Shown: positions 19,534 to 29,869, counted from the stretch's first letter. The stretch is DNA of 64,000 bases from a virus (IMGVR_UViG_3300028833_000006:47213-111212); one strand, 5' to 3'. Notes: a model not told the origin generated them from the letters alone. Made by a program: numbers and translations.

Positions 19534-19740
19534 TTATGCGATATATCCTAATACATCAAATATGTAATCCATCTCAAGTCCTAAATCACTCAGCATTATA
19601 TCTTCTGCGTACTCATAATCTCCATCTGCTACTGCATCTTCTATCTGCTCTCTGACATCTGCAACTAAATCTCTAGCCTCTTCCAATGTCATATCATCTC
19701 TCTTCATAAGTATGCCGATTACCTTATTTATTCCGCTCAT
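19534..19740 (-). CDS. Hypothetical protein
   Basis: LM.RD..T.EEA...LGLE.DYI motif. Confidence 0.6.
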   Translation of the reverse strand: MSGINKVIGILMKRDDMTLEEARDLVADVREQIEDAVADGDYEYAEDIMLSDLGLEMDYIFDVLGYIA

Positions 19741-19752
19741 ATTCTTTCTCCT

Positions 19753-19965
19753 TTACATTGTATAATATATCACCACTGCCATTCTCTCACGCTCGGTTAT
19801 CTGACCACAATCTCGTAATGCTTCTACATACCCAAGTATCTTATTCTTGAATGCTGTTGAGTCAATACGATTCTCGTTTTCTTTTGCACGTAGATAATAA
19901 TTTCTGTATGTATCTAATACATCTTTCTGTGTATCAGTTAATTTTCTCAACGCTCTCTTTGTCAT
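19753..19965 (-). CDS. Hypothetical protein
   Basis: RBS. Confidence 0.55.
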   Translation of the reverse strand: MTKRALRKLTDTQKDVLDTYRNYYLRAKENENRIDSTAFKNKILGYVEALRDCGQITERERMAVVIYYTM

Positions 19966-20108
19966 ATTAAATTCCTTTCATATACCGCACTTTTTGCCCC
20001 AAAATCGACCTTTAAATATTTAAGTGATTACTTTATCCACTCACTCGCTTAAATGCGCCCTGTGTGGCAAAAACCGCTATTATTCGTCCTCTTCTATAGA
20101 CCCCACTC

Positions 20109-20459
20109 TTACCACAGTCTTGTATACATCTTGGTTACTTCCGTAAACAACTCCTCTAACTGGTCACAGTAGATTTCCTTGAACTCCTTAACCTCGACTA
20201 TCTTCTCCTCTGAGAATGTATATGTCTTGGTGTTAAGTCTAGGTGCTGTATACTTGAAAAATCTCATTGTGTAAGTATCCGTGCCCCAATTGTATGTTAC
20301 CCAAAGTCTATTAGCCTTACTACCATTCTTAGGAATTGTCATCCTAAGTGTACTGTTCTCATTATCCCATACAAAATTCTTGCATCCTGTCATTGCGATA
20401 AATTTATTACCGCCTAACTGCTCCAATATTGTCTGTCCTATGTACTTGTTGTTTTCCAT
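20109..20459 (-). CDS. Hypothetical protein
   Basis: ILEQLGG.KF.AMTG, D.Y.M.F, YCDQL..LF...T.MYT.L motifs. Confidence 0.65.
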   Translation of the reverse strand: MENNKYIGQTILEQLGGNKFIAMTGCKNFVWDNENSTLRMTIPKNGSKANRLWVTYNWGTDTYTMRFFKYTAPRLNTKTYTFSEEKIVEVKEFKEIYCDQLEELFTEVTKMYTRLW

Positions 20460-20603
20460 ACTGTATTCTCCTTTCAGTTTCCTTACTTGAGATATTTGCG
20501 ATACTTTCTTGGTACTTACTCAATCAAGACTAATTGTCATCAACTGCCTTAATCGGCTTTTTCCTCTTAGAGAAGTATCGGCTTTCGCTTTCCCTATCTC
20601 TTC

Positions 20604-20666
20604 CTTACAATCATAGTATAAGTCAATACTTATATATTGTCAAGTACTTTTTGAAAAATTTTTCAA
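20604..20666 (-). promoter_or_regulatory. Repeated early promoter
   Basis: Palindrome + TTGACA-17-TATACT + GTAAGG. Confidence 0.85.
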
Positions 20667-20831
20667 CTTTTTTATTCAGCTTGTTATGTAAACCTACATT
20701 TTTTGCGTATAAAAGAAATAGAGCAATTGGATTGCGCATTGTCCAATTGCTCTCATTCCCACTGCACTGTAAACCGAAGAATTAATAAGAACACCTATAA
20801 TATACATCAATACACCTTACTTGTCAACAAC

Positions 20832-21956
20832 TTATATAAGACTCCCTTGGGATTTCCCAAATAACTGTTTCTGTACTCGTTGTCTGCTACTGCCTAAATA
20901 ATCTGGGTGTGCCCTAATATAATCATCCACATACTCCTTTGGGTCTATCTTTAGTCCATACTTTTGGTCATTTATATGCTTTCTCGGATTACATTTCGGT
21001 ATCCACTCGTCACCAAACTCACCAGTACACATATATGTGAGATTATACTTCATATAATTCTCAAATGCACCCCCTATCAAATCTGTACCACAGCAACACC
21101 GTGAATCTGATAAATAATGTAAGTCATTATCTCCCACCCCTATAGGAATACCACTATCCTTTAACTTATCTTTTATTCTGCCGATATTCCGCAATTTCAC
21201 ATCTCGTTTTACTCTTATTCTGCCATCCGTTGCCTCATATTCTTGTTTATGTGCACTTGATACCTTATCTAAGAACGCTTGTGTACTACCTAACACATCA
21301 TAAGTAGATTTAAAATGCTCTACTGTTATATAGTTAGGCTTAATATCTTTAAGATACTCACATAATATCAATACTTCGTCTATGTCTATGATAGGTTGTA
21401 TTCTGACACTGCACCATATGCCAAAATCATTTTTTAGCATCTGCACAAACTCACATCTCTGTTGTGGACTTGGTGTGTTATATTCCCACTGGTTTACATA
21501 ACTATTTCGCCACCCCATTATTGACACTTGAAATGCATGTATCTTCGGATTCAATAACTCATAATAATTGTTATGTAAACTTGCTGTCTTAGTACTAAAT
21601 AACACCGGGTAATCATATTTATTAGACATTTCTATAAATCGCTTTGTCTGCCCATATTCCCACTCTCTATGTTGGAAAGGGTCTGACATACCACCACAAT
21701 GTACAGGCACTCTATGCCTTATCATTTCAACTATAATAGACTTACTCGATTTATCAGTTTCTAATGCTTTATAGAAAAATCTTTCTATTCTATCCATATC
21801 AGCTATATCAAAAGTACTACATTGCTTACCTTGCATCCAATCCATATTTGCCGAACAGTAGACACACCCGTATGAACACCCCTTATATGTATCTATCCTA
21901 AATGCCATAGGACAGAATGCAAATTGTCTTGTTATTTGAATACACTCTGAATACAT
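20832..21956 (-). CDS. Radical SAM protein (spore-photoproduct-lyase-like subfamily)
   Basis: DTYKGCSYGCVYC (CxxxCxxC), GGMSDPFQ, STK, RIQP. Confidence 0.8.
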   Translation of the reverse strand: MYSECIQITRQFAFCPMAFRIDTYKGCSYGCVYCSANMDWMQGKQCSTFDIADMDRIERFFYKALETDKSSKSIIVEMIRHRVPVHCGGMSDPFQHREWEYGQTKRFIEMSNKYDYPVLFSTKTASLHNNYYELLNPKIHAFQVSIMGWRNSYVNQWEYNTPSPQQRCEFVQMLKNDFGIWCSVRIQPIIDIDEVLILCEYLKDIKPNYITVEHFKSTYDVLGSTQAFLDKVSSAHKQEYEATDGRIRVKRDVKLRNIGRIKDKLKDSGIPIGVGDNDLHYLSDSRCCCGTDLIGGAFENYMKYNLTYMCTGEFGDEWIPKCNPRKHINDQKYGLKIDPKEYVDDYIRAHPDYLGSSRQRVQKQLFGKSQGSLI

Positions 21957-22022
21957 CTGTTTTAATCTCCTTGGCTACACCACAAGTATAACAAAGTGGG
22001 CGGTAATTGTCCACCCACTGCA

Positions 22023-22301
22023 TTACAACCTCTCTAATATATCCTCTGCGGTTAGATATCCTTCTACAGAATCTCCTGCATTAGGACTTACTATATCTCC
22101 CATGATTTCAAGTTTACCCTCTTTATGACCATATGAATAACTATGACATATAGCATCCCACGCATAGTGCTCATTTTCATCATTAACCACTATCTGATAT
22201 CCGTCAAATAACTCATGAAATACATACGGTATCCCACGCTCATCTAACCCCTTTGCCAATTTTCTTAACTCAATGTCATAAAACTCCTTTAAGTTTTCCA
22301 T
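22023..22301 (-). CDS. Hypothetical protein
   Basis: DAICH..SYG...G.LEIMG...V.G.LTA motif. Confidence 0.6.
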   Translation of the reverse strand: MENLKEFYDIELRKLAKGLDERGIPYVFHELFDGYQIVVNDENEHYAWDAICHSYSYGHKEGKLEIMGDIVSPNAGDSVEGYLTAEDILERL

Positions 22302-22470
22302 TCACGCACTCCTTTCTAATTGTAATTGGTTTACTCTTTCTATAACTTGTTATCATCTGTATAGCAAATACAAACTTCTCGTATTCATCCCAAGTCAAAT
22401 AGCCTGCTTTCCACGCACCCTCTGCCTCTGCTATCATATTTACCATTTCATCTAAGTACTTATCTTTCAT
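22276..22470 (-). CDS. Hypothetical protein
   Basis: ORF packing. Confidence 0.5.
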   Translation of the reverse strand: MKDKYLDEMVNMIAEAEGAWKAGYLTWDEYEKFVFAIQMITSYRKSKPITIRKECVNGKLKGVL

Positions 22471-22486
22471 ATATACCCCTATCTAC

Positions 22487-22819
22487 TCACCACTGCACAG
22501 TCATCACAAGCCTATTTCTTAAATATGCTTTCTGCCCACTCTTCCGAACACTACCACGGTAATTTATCCAAGAACCCTTGGTCGTATATTCAACATCCTT
22601 TTTGTCAAATGATACATCAAAACCTCTACGCTGTAACTCTGTTGCTATCCCAAACTCACCATAAAGGTCATCCTCTACCGTATTAGGACTGAATGGAATT
22701 TGTATAACATTGTTATCCATATCCACAGAACTACCACGCATCGTGTCCGCATAATTTACAATATAATCAATATCAGTCTCTCTAACCATATCCACCTCTT
22801 CAATCTTCTTTCTTGTCAC
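22487..22819 (-). CDS. Hypothetical protein
   Basis: ORF packing. Confidence 0.5.
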   Translation of the reverse strand: MTRKKIEEVDMVRETDIDYIVNYADTMRGSSVDMDNNVIQIPFSPNTVEDDLYGEFGIATELQRRGFDVSFDKKDVEYTTKGSWINYRGSVRKSGQKAYLRNRLVMTVQW

Positions 22820-22825
22820 CGCTAC

Positions 22826-23299
22826 TCAAAACTCATAATCATAGTAGTACTTTGCTACTCCAAAACTTACATTCCACCTATCATACTTGGTCTGTGCCTT
22901 ACCACTTTCAACTATGTCTGACAACCTAAATCCCCAATTACTTGCCCAAATCTTCGCATCAATATCGTCACCGTCAAGAATCTCCTTTGCCCTTTCTGGT
23001 GTGATTGATACTGTCATGTACCAATACTTACCACGCTTGGTCAAATCTATTGTAGGATTGTTCTCATTTGAAACAAGTACCCAATCATTGCTATAAGAAT
23101 AATCCTTGTCATCATCAGGTCTCTTGTGGTCATATTCTCTAATTGTCACATGCTTCTGGTCTTTAACTGCCACAACCTCGTATGCGTGTCTGTCTGACCA
23201 AGAATACTTTGTTACTCCAGTACCAACTTTAATTTCATCACAGAGCATCTTATTCTCTTCAATTCTGTTGTTAAGACTCCCATACCACTTTCTTGCCAT
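22826..23299 (-). CDS. Hypothetical protein
   Basis: VG.G.T...WSDR.AYEV, YYD.EF motifs; RBS. Confidence 0.65.
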   Translation of the reverse strand: MARKWYGSLNNRIEENKMLCDEIKVGTGVTKYSWSDRHAYEVVAVKDQKHVTIREYDHKRPDDDKDYSYSNDWVLVSNENNPTIDLTKRGKYWYMTVSITPERAKEILDGDDIDAKIWASNWGFRLSDIVESGKAQTKYDRWNVSFGVAKYYYDYEF

Positions 23300-23333
23300 A
23301 TTGATTTCTCCTTTCAGTATGTACTACCGTTTC

Positions 23334-23396
23334 CTTACAATCATAGTATAAGGCAAGACTTATATATTGTCAAGTGGTTTTTGAAAAATTTTTCAA
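23334..23396 (-). promoter_or_regulatory. Repeated early promoter
   Basis: Palindrome + TTGACA-17-TATACT + GTAAGG. Confidence 0.85.
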
Positions 23397-23402
23397 ATAT
23401 TT

Positions 23403-24449
23403 CTATTCCCAAATGAAAGTATACTTGAAAGGGTCTATATCACCCCTAAAAAATTTAGATTTTTTAATACTATAAGGGATATAGTGCTCCCACACCTCAT
23501 TGATATAGTATTTTGTTTCATCCTCTCGCTCAAGATTTCGCTTTAGATTATTGAAACAATATATATAATAACTCTCATTATATTCTTGTAAATCATTATC
23601 TGCCATATAGATATACTCCACACAGCACTTATAACACCTACCGCATCTATGTTTAGGTAACATAATACCATACTTCTGTAATACCCAATCATGCCAATAC
23701 TGACGTAGATTAGCCCTACCCAAACAACTGACTGACAAATCTAATAAATCCTTATCATAGCATACGGACTTAAGACTGTCCTTAACATCCTTTAGCACAA
23801 CCCCCATCTTAAACTTTGGTATAAATGACCGCATAATCTCGTTATAGATATCCCACATCTCCATGTCATCCCCACCACAAAATTCGAAATTGTCATAGTA
23901 CCAAGTACTTGATTTATAATTACCGATTGCCAAGCGTGTACCTACACCCTCACGAATACCATACTCCAATGCCCCATTCGCTATCATATAATTCTTCATG
24001 GGATGTTCAACATAATCATGATGACCAGATAATTTAATAGTATCTATGTACAACGGTATCTTTAGATAGTCTGCTATATCTTGAGCAATTAAGTATTCAT
24101 CTGACAATGCGGAATTAATGTGCCTCATATGATACAAATACACATTAAACCCCTTGGTCATATAATATTTAACTGTCGCTATACTATCTTTACCGCCACT
24201 AAATAGTACTATTATATTCTCTGCATTTCGCACAGTATTTAATTTAGGATACTCTCGGTCTTGATACGTCACATTTCCATGATGGTCTGCGTATAGTACA
24301 AAAGTATCATACAGTTCTTTAAACCTACTATCTAATACTGTCGGTACTAAAGACGGTTTCTCCTTACGCTCGGATAATAAAGAATACACCCTATCAAACT
24401 CATCAAAGATAGGGTGTATATGTGGTTGGTCATATTTTATTGTTTGCAT
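23403..24449 (-). CDS. QueC-like PP-loop ATPase
   Basis: LFSGGKDS PP-loop and SC...CGRCYKC zinc motif. Confidence 0.75.
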   Translation of the reverse strand: MQTIKYDQPHIHPIFDEFDRVYSLLSERKEKPSLVPTVLDSRFKELYDTFVLYADHHGNVTYQDREYPKLNTVRNAENIIVLFSGGKDSIATVKYYMTKGFNVYLYHMRHINSALSDEYLIAQDIADYLKIPLYIDTIKLSGHHDYVEHPMKNYMIANGALEYGIREGVGTRLAIGNYKSSTWYYDNFEFCGGDDMEMWDIYNEIMRSFIPKFKMGVVLKDVKDSLKSVCYDKDLLDLSVSCLGRANLRQYWHDWVLQKYGIMLPKHRCGRCYKCCVEYIYMADNDLQEYNESYYIYCFNNLKRNLEREDETKYYINEVWEHYIPYSIKKSKFFRGDIDPFKYTFIWE

Positions 24450-24452
24450 ATT

Positions 24453-24572
24453 CTACTTCTTATTCTTCTTAGGCTTAATCACCATCTTACCAAAATCATC
24501 TGCTACGAATCTTTTATCTGCTCTATCTTGCCCCTTTGTATTTGGTGCGTTTGCAGGTTTCTTCTTTGTCAT
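24453..24572 (-). CDS. 39-aa basic protein
   Basis: GGAGG RBS, own TTGACA promoter near 24625; MTKKKPANAP...KPKKNKK. Confidence 0.5.
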   Translation of the reverse strand: MTKKKPANAPNTKGQDRADKRFVADDFGKMVIKPKKNKK

Positions 24573-24623
24573 AATGTACCCTCCAAGTAATTACATTGTA
24601 TACTATGTTTACTTAAATGTCAA

Positions 24624-25361
24624 TTATTTTTTAGTAGTCTTGGCACGAATAATTAACTCATTATGGTCATTATCCCATTCAAGTTTTTTAATGTTTAGCC
24701 CAGACTTCCTATCAAATACTACCTCAGACTCTTGTCCTGTCGGACTAAATAAAGCCTTTGTGCCTTTAGTACCAACATATTCTATCCTAACTGGATGATG
24801 CCAATCCTTAAATGCTGAATCGCTTAATGACAGATTGTATGTCGCTGATTGGAATGTCTTATCATAATAAATTGCGTCATTATTCTCTAAGAAATTATTA
24901 ATTTTATCCATTCTCTTCTGCACAATATAGTGCAATACATCTGGGTCAACACTATTTAAATCTGGTGTTGCTAACCCAAATGACTTCAACATAGACAGTA
25001 ACCATTTACCAGTTGTTAACCGAACTACATTTATATCAGCATCAAGTGGCTTCATATTCTTATCCATAGTTGCCAAAGTCTTCTTCACTCGATTAAGTCT
25101 ACTCTCTTGGACTTCTGGACTTAATGCATTCCACTGTGGGTGTTGTGCCCTAATTGCATCATCCAATGGCACTCCGTTCACTTCATGCTCACGTATCGCC
25201 TTATTTAATCTCCAACTCTCTGATGTCTGAAAGTATCCGTACCAATTTGAATCACCGTCAAGAATTGCCTTATCCGCATCTGATATATCTGTACTCTTTG
25301 TGGCTACGTCCGAATACCCACCGCTATACTGTCTTCTAGAACCATATCCATACGAACCCAT
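24624..25361 (-). CDS. ADP-ribosyltransferase (VIP2-like), Met-Gly start
   Basis: LN..IR, INVVR (R), FQSAT (S), QESEVV (ExE); start MGSYG by RBS. Confidence 0.7.
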   Translation of the reverse strand: MGSYGYGSRRQYSGGYSDVATKSTDISDADKAILDGDSNWYGYFQTSESWRLNKAIREHEVNGVPLDDAIRAQHPQWNALSPEVQESRLNRVKKTLATMDKNMKPLDADINVVRLTTGKWLLSMLKSFGLATPDLNSVDPDVLHYIVQKRMDKINNFLENNDAIYYDKTFQSATYNLSLSDSAFKDWHHPVRIEYVGTKGTKALFSPTGQESEVVFDRKSGLNIKKLEWDNDHNELIIRAKTTKK

Positions 25362-25410
25362 AATCCATCTCCCAATAAGAAAGCACCCACAATCCGTTGG
25401 GTGTAGGTAC

Positions 25411-25557
25411 TCACTTTTTCTTCTTCTCCTTGTAACCAGACTTCTCAATAGCGTAACCTTGCTTTATGGCTTTCTGCTTTGCGCCCTTACCGCAATATAC
25501 TGTCTGATTACCCCACTGATAACAATCTTTCTTACCTTTTACTTTATGTACTGGCAT
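25411..25557 (-). CDS. 48-aa basic protein
   Basis: MPVHKVKG...YQWG...AKQKAIKQGYAI; GAGGTG RBS. Confidence 0.55.
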   Translation of the reverse strand: MPVHKVKGKKDCYQWGNQTVYCGKGAKQKAIKQGYAIEKSGYKEKKKK

Positions 25558-25695
25558 ATTTACACCTCGTAGTTAACTTAATTACAATCTATGTTAACTA
25601 TTTTATCATATAAGTTAAAAATTTCCAACACGAAAAATGTAGGCTAACATAACAAAATGGGCAACCACCCCATAAAGATGATTGCCCAACTCGGT

Positions 25696-25902
25696 TTAAT
25701 ACATCATGTCTAAGCAACTTGCTACTGCTTGCGGTGAATGACTTGCTGACACACCCTTTACGTATCCGTCATAGTCATCCTTGATATGCGCCTTAACGCT
25801 ATCAGTATTGAAATACTTCACCATCTCATCGGTGCTGTAACCGCACCCCATGAATGCCTTTCTTACCGCCTTTGTGTAATCCTCAAATGTCATCTTACTC
25901 AT
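25696..25902 (-). CDS. Small protein, candidate immunity partner of 25899..26654
   Basis: ATGA overlap with upstream effector; followed by terminator hairpin. Confidence 0.55.
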   Translation of the reverse strand: MSKMTFEDYTKAVRKAFMGCGYSTDEMVKYFNTDSVKAHIKDDYDGYVKGVSASHSPQAVASCLDMMY

Positions 25903-26654
25903 CTCTGTTCTCCTTTCTTCTCCTTTATTTGTCTATCACGATATGCATATGCATTATCATAACCGTCATCACCGACATATGGCTTTGTGTTCTTTAGGAA
26001 TGTATCTAAATCAGTATTCTTGACATTGCCTATACCAACATACTTATAAAATACAACTTCCTCTTCGCCACAGCCACTTTTATCCCAACCATCTGGTGCG
26101 TAATCCTTATTAAATGGTGTCCAACTAATCGGCTCAAATCCATTGGCTGTATAGAACTTATGGTTACCTGCGAAACTATCAAGTTTCCTACCACCCATCT
26201 TAACTGCTTGGGCTAATAAATCCTTACCACGGACTGTATTATCACCCTGTTTCTTACATACACTAATGATATCACCCTCGTCTGTCACGGCTACTGTAGA
26301 ACCACCTTTGGATGTCCAACACTTACTATTGTGTTCTTTGTAGTCATCTGCGGTATGAACATCTACTCGCCACTTATCCTCAACTGGTCTTGATTCCTTG
26401 GCACTTGTAATATCTTTGTGGAATGTTGTAGCATCTACTGACCTACCACTATCACTGTTTGACTTACCATTAAGCCTATCTCTTTCAGCCTTTGCCTTGG
26501 CTATCTGCTGTTCCTTGACATCCTCATTATGGTCTGCAACGCTACGATTATCACCAAATGCTTTTCGTATAGCGTCTGCTTTAGTCTCGCCTGCACCTAT
26601 CGGTATATGTTTACCATTAACGGTTATCCATTGCAAATCTTTACTATCTGCCAT
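25899..26654 (-). CDS. WxTxxGxH-tagged protein with GNAT-like acetyltransferase domain
   Basis: WITVNGKHIPI tag; G.DLL..AV..GG.KLD.F...FY..NGF. Confidence 0.65.
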   Translation of the reverse strand: MADSKDLQWITVNGKHIPIGAGETKADAIRKAFGDNRSVADHNEDVKEQQIAKAKAERDRLNGKSNSDSGRSVDATTFHKDITSAKESRPVEDKWRVDVHTADDYKEHNSKCWTSKGGSTVAVTDEGDIISVCKKQGDNTVRGKDLLAQAVKMGGRKLDSFAGNHKFYTANGFEPISWTPFNKDYAPDGWDKSGCGEEEVVFYKYVGIGNVKNTDLDTFLKNTKPYVGDDGYDNAYAYRDRQIKEKKGEQR

Positions 26655-26655
26655 A

Positions 26656-26835
26656 TCACACCTCTAATACTTCTGCTAAATCATCTTCACCAACTGCGTA
26701 TACCTCATCATTGTTTGCTTTAACACCCCACGCATCAAGTTCTCTATCATATCCCATTACTTCATATATCTCGCCTTTGGTATATGCCCAACTTGACTCG
26801 CCTAAATATCTTACTTTCTTTCCTGCTTCTAACAT
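26656..26835 (-). CDS. Small SH3-like protein, candidate immunity partner
   Basis: KVRYLGE...TKGEIYEV; directly behind 26846..27367. Confidence 0.55.
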   Translation of the reverse strand: MLEAGKKVRYLGESSWAYTKGEIYEVMGYDRELDAWGVKANNDEVYAVGEDDLAEVLEV

Positions 26836-26845
26836 TTTACCCTCC

Positions 26846-27367
26846 TTACTTACGTGTTTCAAGGTTTCTTATATGCTCTTTAATAAATGCTTCTCTGACT
26901 TTTTTATCTTTACCCTGTACCCAATGTACCTCACGATTTAAGGTTACTTTACCATTAGTTATTTGTGCCATTCCTGCACAATGTTGCCAATCTTCTGGTT
27001 TACCACCCCAACGCTTTGCGTACTTAGATGCATCTCTAAATTCTTTTGAGCATCCTTTTCCTGCAAACACATATACATTCTTTATAAATGTACCATTCTT
27101 AAATCTGTACCTCTGTTTAGTCCTTAGATTTAACACATCAGATGATGTATTAGCCTCACTCGCTGGGATATCTGGTAAGTATAATATCTTTGGAAGTGGT
27201 TTTCTGCTATCAGCCTCTTCCTTATTTCTCGCCATCTGCTTATTCTTTATCTCTTCATTCTTCCTAGCGATAGACTCATTTTTAATCTGAGATTGAGATT
27301 TGTAATTAGGGTCTAGTAGTATATGCTTACCATTTACTGTTACCCAACGCATTTCTTGGTTTGCCAT
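26846..27367 (-). CDS. WxTxxGxH-tagged protein with putative nuclease-toxin domain
   Basis: WVTVNGKHILL tag; VFAGKG...WGG...WQH..G...EVHW motif. Confidence 0.6.
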   Translation of the reverse strand: MANQEMRWVTVNGKHILLDPNYKSQSQIKNESIARKNEEIKNKQMARNKEEADSRKPLPKILYLPDIPASEANTSSDVLNLRTKQRYRFKNGTFIKNVYVFAGKGCSKEFRDASKYAKRWGGKPEDWQHCAGMAQITNGKVTLNREVHWVQGKDKKVREAFIKEHIRNLETRK

Positions 27368-27378
27368 ATATCACACCC

Positions 27379-28665
27379 CTACTTCTTCTTGGGATGCTCT
27401 TTATCCCACTGTGCTTTTCGCTTCTCAGCATAAGCATTGTATTCAAATATCTTATCAGGTGTATAATTGAATGACTCATCGTGCTCTGCACTCTGAAAAG
27501 TATTCCATCTACCTTGGTCTATAATAGATAACTTCTTGCCACCAGTCTGACTTGCTACCTTAGTTAACTTCCTACCCGTATTATCCCACAATGTAAAACT
27601 ATCATAAAGACTTGCTATCTCTGGCACTGCCTTTTGTGCTTTCCTATGTGCACCCATCAATACTTCTACAGGGACTAAACGGTTCATACCATAATCGTCA
27701 CCCTTACAGTATCTGTATATGGAATTTTCCCTTACCGTAGGTTCGTCTGCAAAAATATAGTTTTGGTGACAAGTATAACCCTTATCACGACACGACTTCA
27801 ATCTTCTCTCGACACTCTTAGATTTTGTTGCTGTACCATCGTACATTACGGGATAGTTGTTATCTATAGCCATTGACCATACTTGGTCGGCTAATGCGGA
27901 ACTTTCATTGTGGTAGTATCCTGCATTGAACAAATCTTCTATCTTGGCATCAGGATTAGCTGCCTTAAGCGACTTAAACTCATCGTCATACATACCATTA
28001 GCCAAATCGTGTCTCCACAGCATGTACTTCAATCTGTCTGCGTCTATAACCAAATGTTGTTTATCACTGCCATAGAATTTACTAAACCCACTACCTTCAA
28101 GTGACATTGCGCTTAATTGCCCCTTACCAGCAGCACCACCGCCACCAGTAAACAACGCTTTCTTCTCCTCACCGGGCGCATAAGGCTTATATGTAACTGG
28201 ATGGTCTTCTCCATTTACGGGTATCTTATTAAAATAATCCTCAAGAACTTCTCTATGAATATCTGCTCTCTCTTGTGTGAGATTTCCATTCTTATCAAGT
28301 GCTCTATACATAGAGTCGCCATTAGGGAACTTATCATTAGGTTGTGTAGTAGTAATCTCATCATACTCACCTAACTTATAATCTTTACCCTTAAATGACA
28401 TCACGCCATTCTTGTTAGTTACTTTAGTACCTTGTGTGAGATTATCACGATATTTCTGCTCATCTTGCAATCTCTTCGCCTCGGATTGGGCTTTGGCTAT
28501 ATCAGACTGTTGCTTATCAACTGCCTTTGCGCCACGCTTACTGGCCTTTGCTTGTGACTGTTCCTTAACCCAACGCTTTACAGCATCATCTTTAGATTCA
28601 CCGTCATATAAGGGTACATGATTACCATTTATGGTTATCCAATTTTTCGGTTCTTTATTCGCCAT
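27379..28665 (-). CDS. WxTxxGxH-tagged zeta-toxin-like P-loop kinase
   Basis: WITINGNHVPL tag; GGGGAAGKG, IDAD..K, H.ESS.LA, YDGT, R.VP, WDN. Confidence 0.75.
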   Translation of the reverse strand: MANKEPKNWITINGNHVPLYDGESKDDAVKRWVKEQSQAKASKRGAKAVDKQQSDIAKAQSEAKRLQDEQKYRDNLTQGTKVTNKNGVMSFKGKDYKLGEYDEITTTQPNDKFPNGDSMYRALDKNGNLTQERADIHREVLEDYFNKIPVNGEDHPVTYKPYAPGEEKKALFTGGGGAAGKGQLSAMSLEGSGFSKFYGSDKQHLVIDADRLKYMLWRHDLANGMYDDEFKSLKAANPDAKIEDLFNAGYYHNESSALADQVWSMAIDNNYPVMYDGTATKSKSVERRLKSCRDKGYTCHQNYIFADEPTVRENSIYRYCKGDDYGMNRLVPVEVLMGAHRKAQKAVPEIASLYDSFTLWDNTGRKLTKVASQTGGKKLSIIDQGRWNTFQSAEHDESFNYTPDKIFEYNAYAEKRKAQWDKEHPKKK

Positions 28666-28677
28666 ACTAGTACCCCC

Positions 28678-28935
28678 TTACCACGGTATATTATGCTCTG
28701 CTCTAGACGCATAATCAAGTAATCTAAGTTTATACAACTCGTAATCAGCCTTATTCGCAAAATTATTTGCGCCCTTGATTGGTCTCCGATTGACAATATC
28801 ACCATATGCAATTGCGTCTACCTTGTTGTACTGCGGATTGTCATAATCACAATCATAATCAGCAATAACCTTTGGGTCATAGGTGACATTCTTGTAATAG
28901 GCAATCTCTTTTGGTGTCAAATTTTTATTTGCCAT
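28678..28935 (-). CDS. Small protein, candidate antitoxin of the zeta-like gene
   Basis: AGGAGG RBS, own early promoter, directly upstream of zeta-like ORF. Confidence 0.55.
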   Translation of the reverse strand: MANKNLTPKEIAYYKNVTYDPKVIADYDCDYDNPQYNKVDAIAYGDIVNRRPIKGANNFANKADYELYKLRLLDYASRAEHNIPW

Positions 28936-28965
28936 CTTCTTATCCTCCTTTCCTATTCTCTTTCC

Positions 28966-29024
28966 ATAATAAGTATATACCAATATGTCAAGAGTGTCAA
29001 TAGGAATTTTGAAAAATTTTTCAA
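28966..29024 (-). promoter_or_regulatory. Repeated early promoter
   Basis: Palindrome + TTGACA-17-TATACT. Confidence 0.8.
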
Positions 29025-29194
29025 TATTTACTTTAAATCATCTTCTTCTGGGTCTTCCCACCACGGTATTTGTATCATATAATATACCCAATAGTTTACA
29101 TAATAAAACAACCTATCCATATTATACTGAATAGGTTGCCTAATGTCTACTCTTCTTCACTAGTTTCCATTTTTCTATACGCAAAAAATGTAGG

Positions 29195-29386
29195 CTACGC
29201 TCTCCGTGCAATTGTGATATCGTTACTAATTTTTAAACTTGTCGCCCTTTCCAAATCTTCTGCTCTGACTACTATCATATTTGCCATTGGTCTTGATTCT
29301 ATTGGATATATACCATTCTTATTAAGTTTCTTAATCTGCTTTGATATAACTGAATAGTTCTGCATTGTCTTCATATTATATTCCAC
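29195..29386 (-). CDS. Hypothetical protein
   Basis: ORF packing. Confidence 0.45.
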   Translation of the reverse strand: MEYNMKTMQNYSVISKQIKKLNKNGIYPIESRPMANMIVVRAEDLERATSLKISNDITIARRA

Positions 29387-29588
29387 TAATCTCCCTCACA
29401 TAACAATCATCTAGTTTTGCGAAATCAGACCTACCTGCACCTATCCGAACATACAACTTACCGTCATCCTTATTCAAATATACTCTATTCCACTCCTCGT
29501 CATCATCAAGCCACACTATAACCTTTGTAATTACAAATCCGTCTGTTCTTGTCATACCAATTCTCCTTTCTACTCTGCCCACACACAT
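29376..29588 (-). CDS. Hypothetical protein
   Basis: RBS before MTRTD. Confidence 0.5.
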   Translation of the reverse strand: MCVGRVERRIGMTRTDGFVITKVIVWLDDDEEWNRVYLNKDDGKLYVRIGAGRSDFAKLDDCYVREISGI

Positions 29589-29869
29589 CTCTCACTGTAC
29601 GGAACATATCTCTTTGCTACCTTAAACCACTTCTTATTATCAAGCGAAACCTCTAAATATTCACATACCATTGTGACATCATAAGTTGAGCACATTCTGT
29701 AATCTCTCTTAATATAATTATCGCCCAAATCCTTGACGCAACGAAGATATCTGTAAAAACCGTCCTTGATATAATACACGATATCCTTAATTAAAGGTTC
29801 TTCACCCTTAATAATCTCTTCCCAACCCATTGCTTTCATATTATTTACGGATAATTCTGCTCTAGTCAT
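29570..29869 (-). CDS. Hypothetical protein
   Basis: AAAGGAG RBS behind cassette promoter. Confidence 0.6.
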   Translation of the reverse strand: MTRAELSVNNMKAMGWEEIIKGEEPLIKDIVYYIKDGFYRYLRCVKDLGDNYIKRDYRMCSTYDVTMVCEYLEVSLDNKKWFKVAKRYVPYSERCVWAE

